Notes under the pieces: model-generated
Seen by the model: the letters and a program-made list of their open reading frames with translations, nothing else
What the model was told of the DNA's origin: nothing
The model's database searches: none
Source: a virus
Direction: 5' to 3' (one strand)
IMG/VR virus record: IMGVR_UViG_3300024348_000005
Span: 32,001-96,000 of that record
DNA length: 64,000 bases
Part shown: positions 61,037-64,000 of the stretch, in pieces
Numbering within the stretch: the first letter of the stretch is position 1
How the letters are laid out: each line of letters begins with the position of its first letter
Translations under genes and position numbers: made by a program

Positions 61037-64000
61037 ATGGCAAACGAATTTAGAGTCAAAAATGGCCTCGTTGTATCGGGGTCTGCAGAAATACAAAACG
61101 ATTTAATCGTTCAAGGTACAATAACAGCAAAAGAAATACATACAAGTTTAGTTACTTCGTCTGTTATTTTTGAATCAGGTTCGACCAAATTTGGTAACAC
61201 TAATGATGATACTCATCAATTTACGGGTAGTTTAAATATATCAGGTTCATTAATTCTTAATGATACCAATTTTTCAGCATTTACTTCAGGAACAAGTGGA
61301 ACTTCAGGAACGTCAGGTAGTAGTGGAACCGCGGGAACTTCAGGTTCTTCAGGTTCAAGTGGTTCTTCAGGTTCTAGTGGTAGTTCAGGAACATCCGGTA
61401 CGTCCGGAACCTCAGGTTCTTCAGGAAGTTCAGGTACTTCAGGTTCAAGTGGTTCCTCAGGTTTAGCGGGAAGTAGTGGAACATCGGGAACATCAGGTTC
61501 TAATGGTTCTTCAGGAACGGCTGGTACTTCAGGTACTTCGGGTTCTTCAGGAACTGGCGGAACGTCAGGTTCTTCAGGTTCTAGTGGTTCATCAGGAACT
61601 TCGGGTTCATCAGGAAGTTCAGGTAGTTCAGGTACGAGCGGAACATCGGGGTCTAGTGGGTCTTCAGGAACATCAGGTTCTTCAGGTTCAAGTGGTTCTT
61701 CAGGTTTAAGTGGATCTTCAGGTTCAAGTGGTTCTTCAGGAACAGCAGGAACTTCAGGTTCATCAGGAACAAGTGGAACCGCAGGCACTTCGGGTACCTC
61801 GGGAAGTTCAGGTAGTAGTGGTAGTAGTGGTAGTAACGGCACATCGGGTAGTTCGGGAAGTTCAGGTTCAAGTGGAACATCAGGTTCCTCAGGTAGTTCA
61901 GGTTCTTCAGGAACTGCGGGTACAAGTGGGTCTTCAGGTACATCAGGTTCTTCGGGTTCAAGCGGAACATCTGGTTCTAGTGGTTCTTCAGGAACTGCAG
62001 GAACATCAGGTTCAAGTGGTAGTTCAGGTGTATCAGGTACAAGTGGAAGTTCGGGTAGTACCGGCACGTCAGGTACATCAGGTACTTCAGGTTCAAGCGG
62101 TTCTTCGGGTTCTTCAGGAAGTTCAGGTATTAGTGGTACTAATGGAACGTCAGGAACAAGTGGTAGTAGTGGTTCAAGTGGAACATCAGGTTCTAGTGGT
62201 TCAAGTGGAAGTTCTGGCACATCAGGTACAAGTGGAAGTTCTGGTACATCGGGGTCTTCAGGTTCAAGCGGTACATCTGGTAGTTCAGGTTCTTCAGGTA
62301 CCGCAGGAACAAGTGGTTCAAACGGAACGTCAGGAACGTCCGGTTCGAGTGGAAGTTCTGGTGTGTCGGGTAGTTCAGGTGTATCAGGTTCATCAGGAAC
62401 ATCAGGTACTAGTGGTTCATCAGGTTCAAGTGGTTCATCAGGAAGTTCGGGTACATCAGGTTCTTCTGGTAGTAGTGGAACAAATGGACTTACGGGTACA
62501 TCAGGAACATCAGGTTCATCTGGTTCAACAACAGTTGGGGCATATGAATCTATGACTGTTACATCGGGAAGTACCACATGGAACTTTCAACACAATTTAG
62601 GAGCAAAATATCCTGTTTTTCAAGTATTTGACCAAAATGATAAAGTCATAATACCGACTGAAATACGTGTTATAGATTTATACAATGCTGAAATTTTATT
62701 TTCACAACCTCAAACAGGAACAGTTAGTGTTACGTTAGGTAAAAGTGGAGGAGGATCATCGGGTACTTCAGGTAGTTCAGGTAGTTCAGGAACAAGTGGT
62801 ACTTCGGGTTTAAGTGGTTCAAGCGGAAGTTCTGGATTATCAGGTACTAACGGTTCATCAGGTTCTAGTGGTACTGCAGGTTCTTCAGGAACAAGTGGAG
62901 CGTCGGGTTCATCTGGTTCAGGTGGTACTTCAGGTTCATCAGGAACAAGTGGTAGAGATGGTATTGGAGGTACAACACAAACATTTGCATCATCCACAAC
63001 ATGGTCTGTAGCTCATAATTTAGGTACTGATTTTCCGGTGGTAACTGTTTGGGATGATAATAAAAATGTTGTCATTCCAAATCAAATAAAATCAATTAAT
63101 TCAAACAATCTTGATGTTTATTTTGGTAATCCAATTTCAGGTAGTATTAATGTAGTTTATGGTGGACACGTTGTTAGTGGTGCTATTGATACATCGGCAG
63201 TTGGACACATTGTACCATCACTTGATAATACATATGATTTAGGATCACCATCAAAACAATTTAGAGACTTATACTTATCAAGTGCTTCGTTATATATTGA
63301 TGGACAAAAAGTTTTAAGTTCAACAAATCAAGAATTACAGATTACAACCGATACGGGTCAATCAATTAAGATTTTAGAAGATGGTAGTGATAATATAATT
63401 TTACAAACTGTTGATGGTGATGTTGAATTAAAATCTTCGGGTGGAGGTGATATATTATTAGACCCTACCGCAGGTTTAATTTCGGTTAAAGGAACATTAC
63501 AAGTACAAGATGGTAGTAAAATTACAAGTTCAGGAGCAACTAAAGTTGTTTTTGGAAATGATATTGAGGTAACAGGTTCAATTAGAACAAATGGTACATT
63601 GATTATAAATGGTGTTTCATTCTCAGCAATGACATCAGGAACCTCAGGAACAAGTGGTACTAGTGGTTCATCAGGTACTAGTGGGTCTTCAGGTTCTAAT
63701 GGATCAAGTGGTTCATCAGGAACAGCTGGTAGTTCGGGGTCTAGTGGAACATCAGGTTCTGGTGGTTCATCAGGAACTGCCGGTACAAGTGGAACGTCAG
63801 GTTCAAGTGGAACATCAGGTAGTTCGGGGTCTAATGGTTCAAGTGGTTCATCGGGAGATTCAATATTTGCACAAACAGGGTCTATATGGTCAGCAACTAA
63901 AGATGTTGAAATTACCGGCTCATTAAAAGTTAAAGGTGCAATTACAGCCGACGAACTTTATATGACATATGTCACATCATCCGTTATGTATTCATCAGGG
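61037..64000 (+). CDS. Giant G-S/T-S tail fibre protein, 3' truncated by window (absent from ORF track)
   Basis: ATG 61037 MANEFRVKNGLVVSGS...; same frame at the window end (...YMTYVTSSVMYSSG); paralogous to 55153. Confidence 0.8.
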   Translation, partial: MANEFRVKNGLVVSGSAEIQNDLIVQGTITAKEIHTSLVTSSVIFESGSTKFGNTNDDTHQFTGSLNISGSLILNDTNFSAFTSGTSGTSGTSGSSGTAGTSGSSGSSGSSGSSGSSGTSGTSGTSGSSGSSGTSGSSGSSGLAGSSGTSGTSGSNGSSGTAGTSGTSGSSGTGGTSGSSGSSGSSGTSGSSGSSGSSGTSGTSGSSGSSGTSGSSGSSGSSGLSGSSGSSGSSGTAGTSGSSGTSGTAGTSGTSGSSGSSGSSGSNGTSGSSGSSGSSGTSGSSGSSGSSGTAGTSGSSGTSGSSGSSGTSGSSGSSGTAGTSGSSGSSGVSGTSGSSGSTGTSGTSGTSGSSGSSGSSGSSGISGTNGTSGTSGSSGSSGTSGSSGSSGSSGTSGTSGSSGTSGSSGSSGTSGSSGSSGTAGTSGSNGTSGTSGSSGSSGVSGSSGVSGSSGTSGTSGSSGSSGSSGSSGTSGSSGSSGTNGLTGTSGTSGSSGSTTVGAYESMTVTSGSTTWNFQHNLGAKYPVFQVFDQNDKVIIPTEIRVIDLYNAEILFSQPQTGTVSVTLGKSGGGSSGTSGSSGSSGTSGTSGLSGSSGSSGLSGTNGSSGSSGTAGSSGTSGASGSSGSGGTSGSSGTSGRDGIGGTTQTFASSTTWSVAHNLGTDFPVVTVWDDNKNVVIPNQIKSINSNNLDVYFGNPISGSINVVYGGHVVSGAIDTSAVGHIVPSLDNTYDLGSPSKQFRDLYLSSASLYIDGQKVLSSTNQELQITTDTGQSIKILEDGSDNIILQTVDGDVELKSSGGGDILLDPTAGLISVKGTLQVQDGSKITSSGATKVVFGNDIEVTGSIRTNGTLIINGVSFSAMTSGTSGTSGTSGSSGTSGSSGSNGSSGSSGTAGSSGSSGTSGSGGSSGTAGTSGTSGSSGTSGSSGSNGSSGSSGDSIFAQTGSIWSATKDVEITGSLKVKGAITADELYMTYVTSSVMYSSG

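Larger units (their letters stand above)
53764..63855 (+). repeat. Multiple in-frame 9-bp-period tracts encoding (G-S/T-S/A)n
   Basis: Approximate tracts: 53764-53940, 54156-54614, 55483-56502, 56740-57435, 58168-58875, 59113-59630, 59848-60489, 61286-62526, 62745-62970, 63635-63855. Confidence 0.95.

Noticed and set aside
54039-62997. Long minus-strand (PDVPLEP...) and alternative-frame (VLQVHQ...) ORFs
   Set aside because: Shadows of the GSS/GTS codon repeats, which lack stops in those frames; they coincide with the tracts.
53104-64000. Diversity-generating retroelement acting on duplicated fibre modules
   Set aside because: No reverse transcriptase in the window, all copies are coding, and differences do not appear restricted to adenines.

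Overview
AT-rich, densely coding segment of a large T4-like (myovirus/jumbo) phage genome, almost all on the + strand. The host is probably in Bacteroidota. This is inferred from Bacteroidota-type SigA, ClpP and Hc1-like proteins, a DUF6576-like tail and A-rich leaders without Shine-Dalgarno motifs. Gene order: end of a DnaB-like helicase; class Ia ribonucleotide reductase; baseplate module (gp25, gpJ-like) followed by large Thr/Gly-rich structural proteins with Pro-Thr linkers; RuvC, primase, exonuclease and SbcCD; ClpP, membrane proteins, sigma factor and a degenerate amidase; acidic head-internal-type proteins; Hc1, adenine methylase, NusG, AAA ATPase, Trx and Grx; then a block of giant tail-fibre genes built from Gly-Ser/Thr-Ser triplets, running off the window end. 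No tRNA, rRNA, CRISPR array or IS element was found. Most notable observations: (1) a [S/T]-G-x-T tetrapeptide strongly enriched across unrelated virion proteins, a candidate modification sequon; (2) a scaffoldin-like array of ten Cys-containing beta-strand peptides on PT linkers, next to modular PT-linked proteins that could dock on it; (3) a candidate small structured RNA with its own promoter and terminator between ruvC and primase; (4) an A10 / A-AAA-AAC slippery site opening an unannotated -1 frame extension; (5) proline-free Gly-X-Y fibres whose leader carries tandem TATATA-centred palindromes. All assignments are by eye from motifs; no searches were run.
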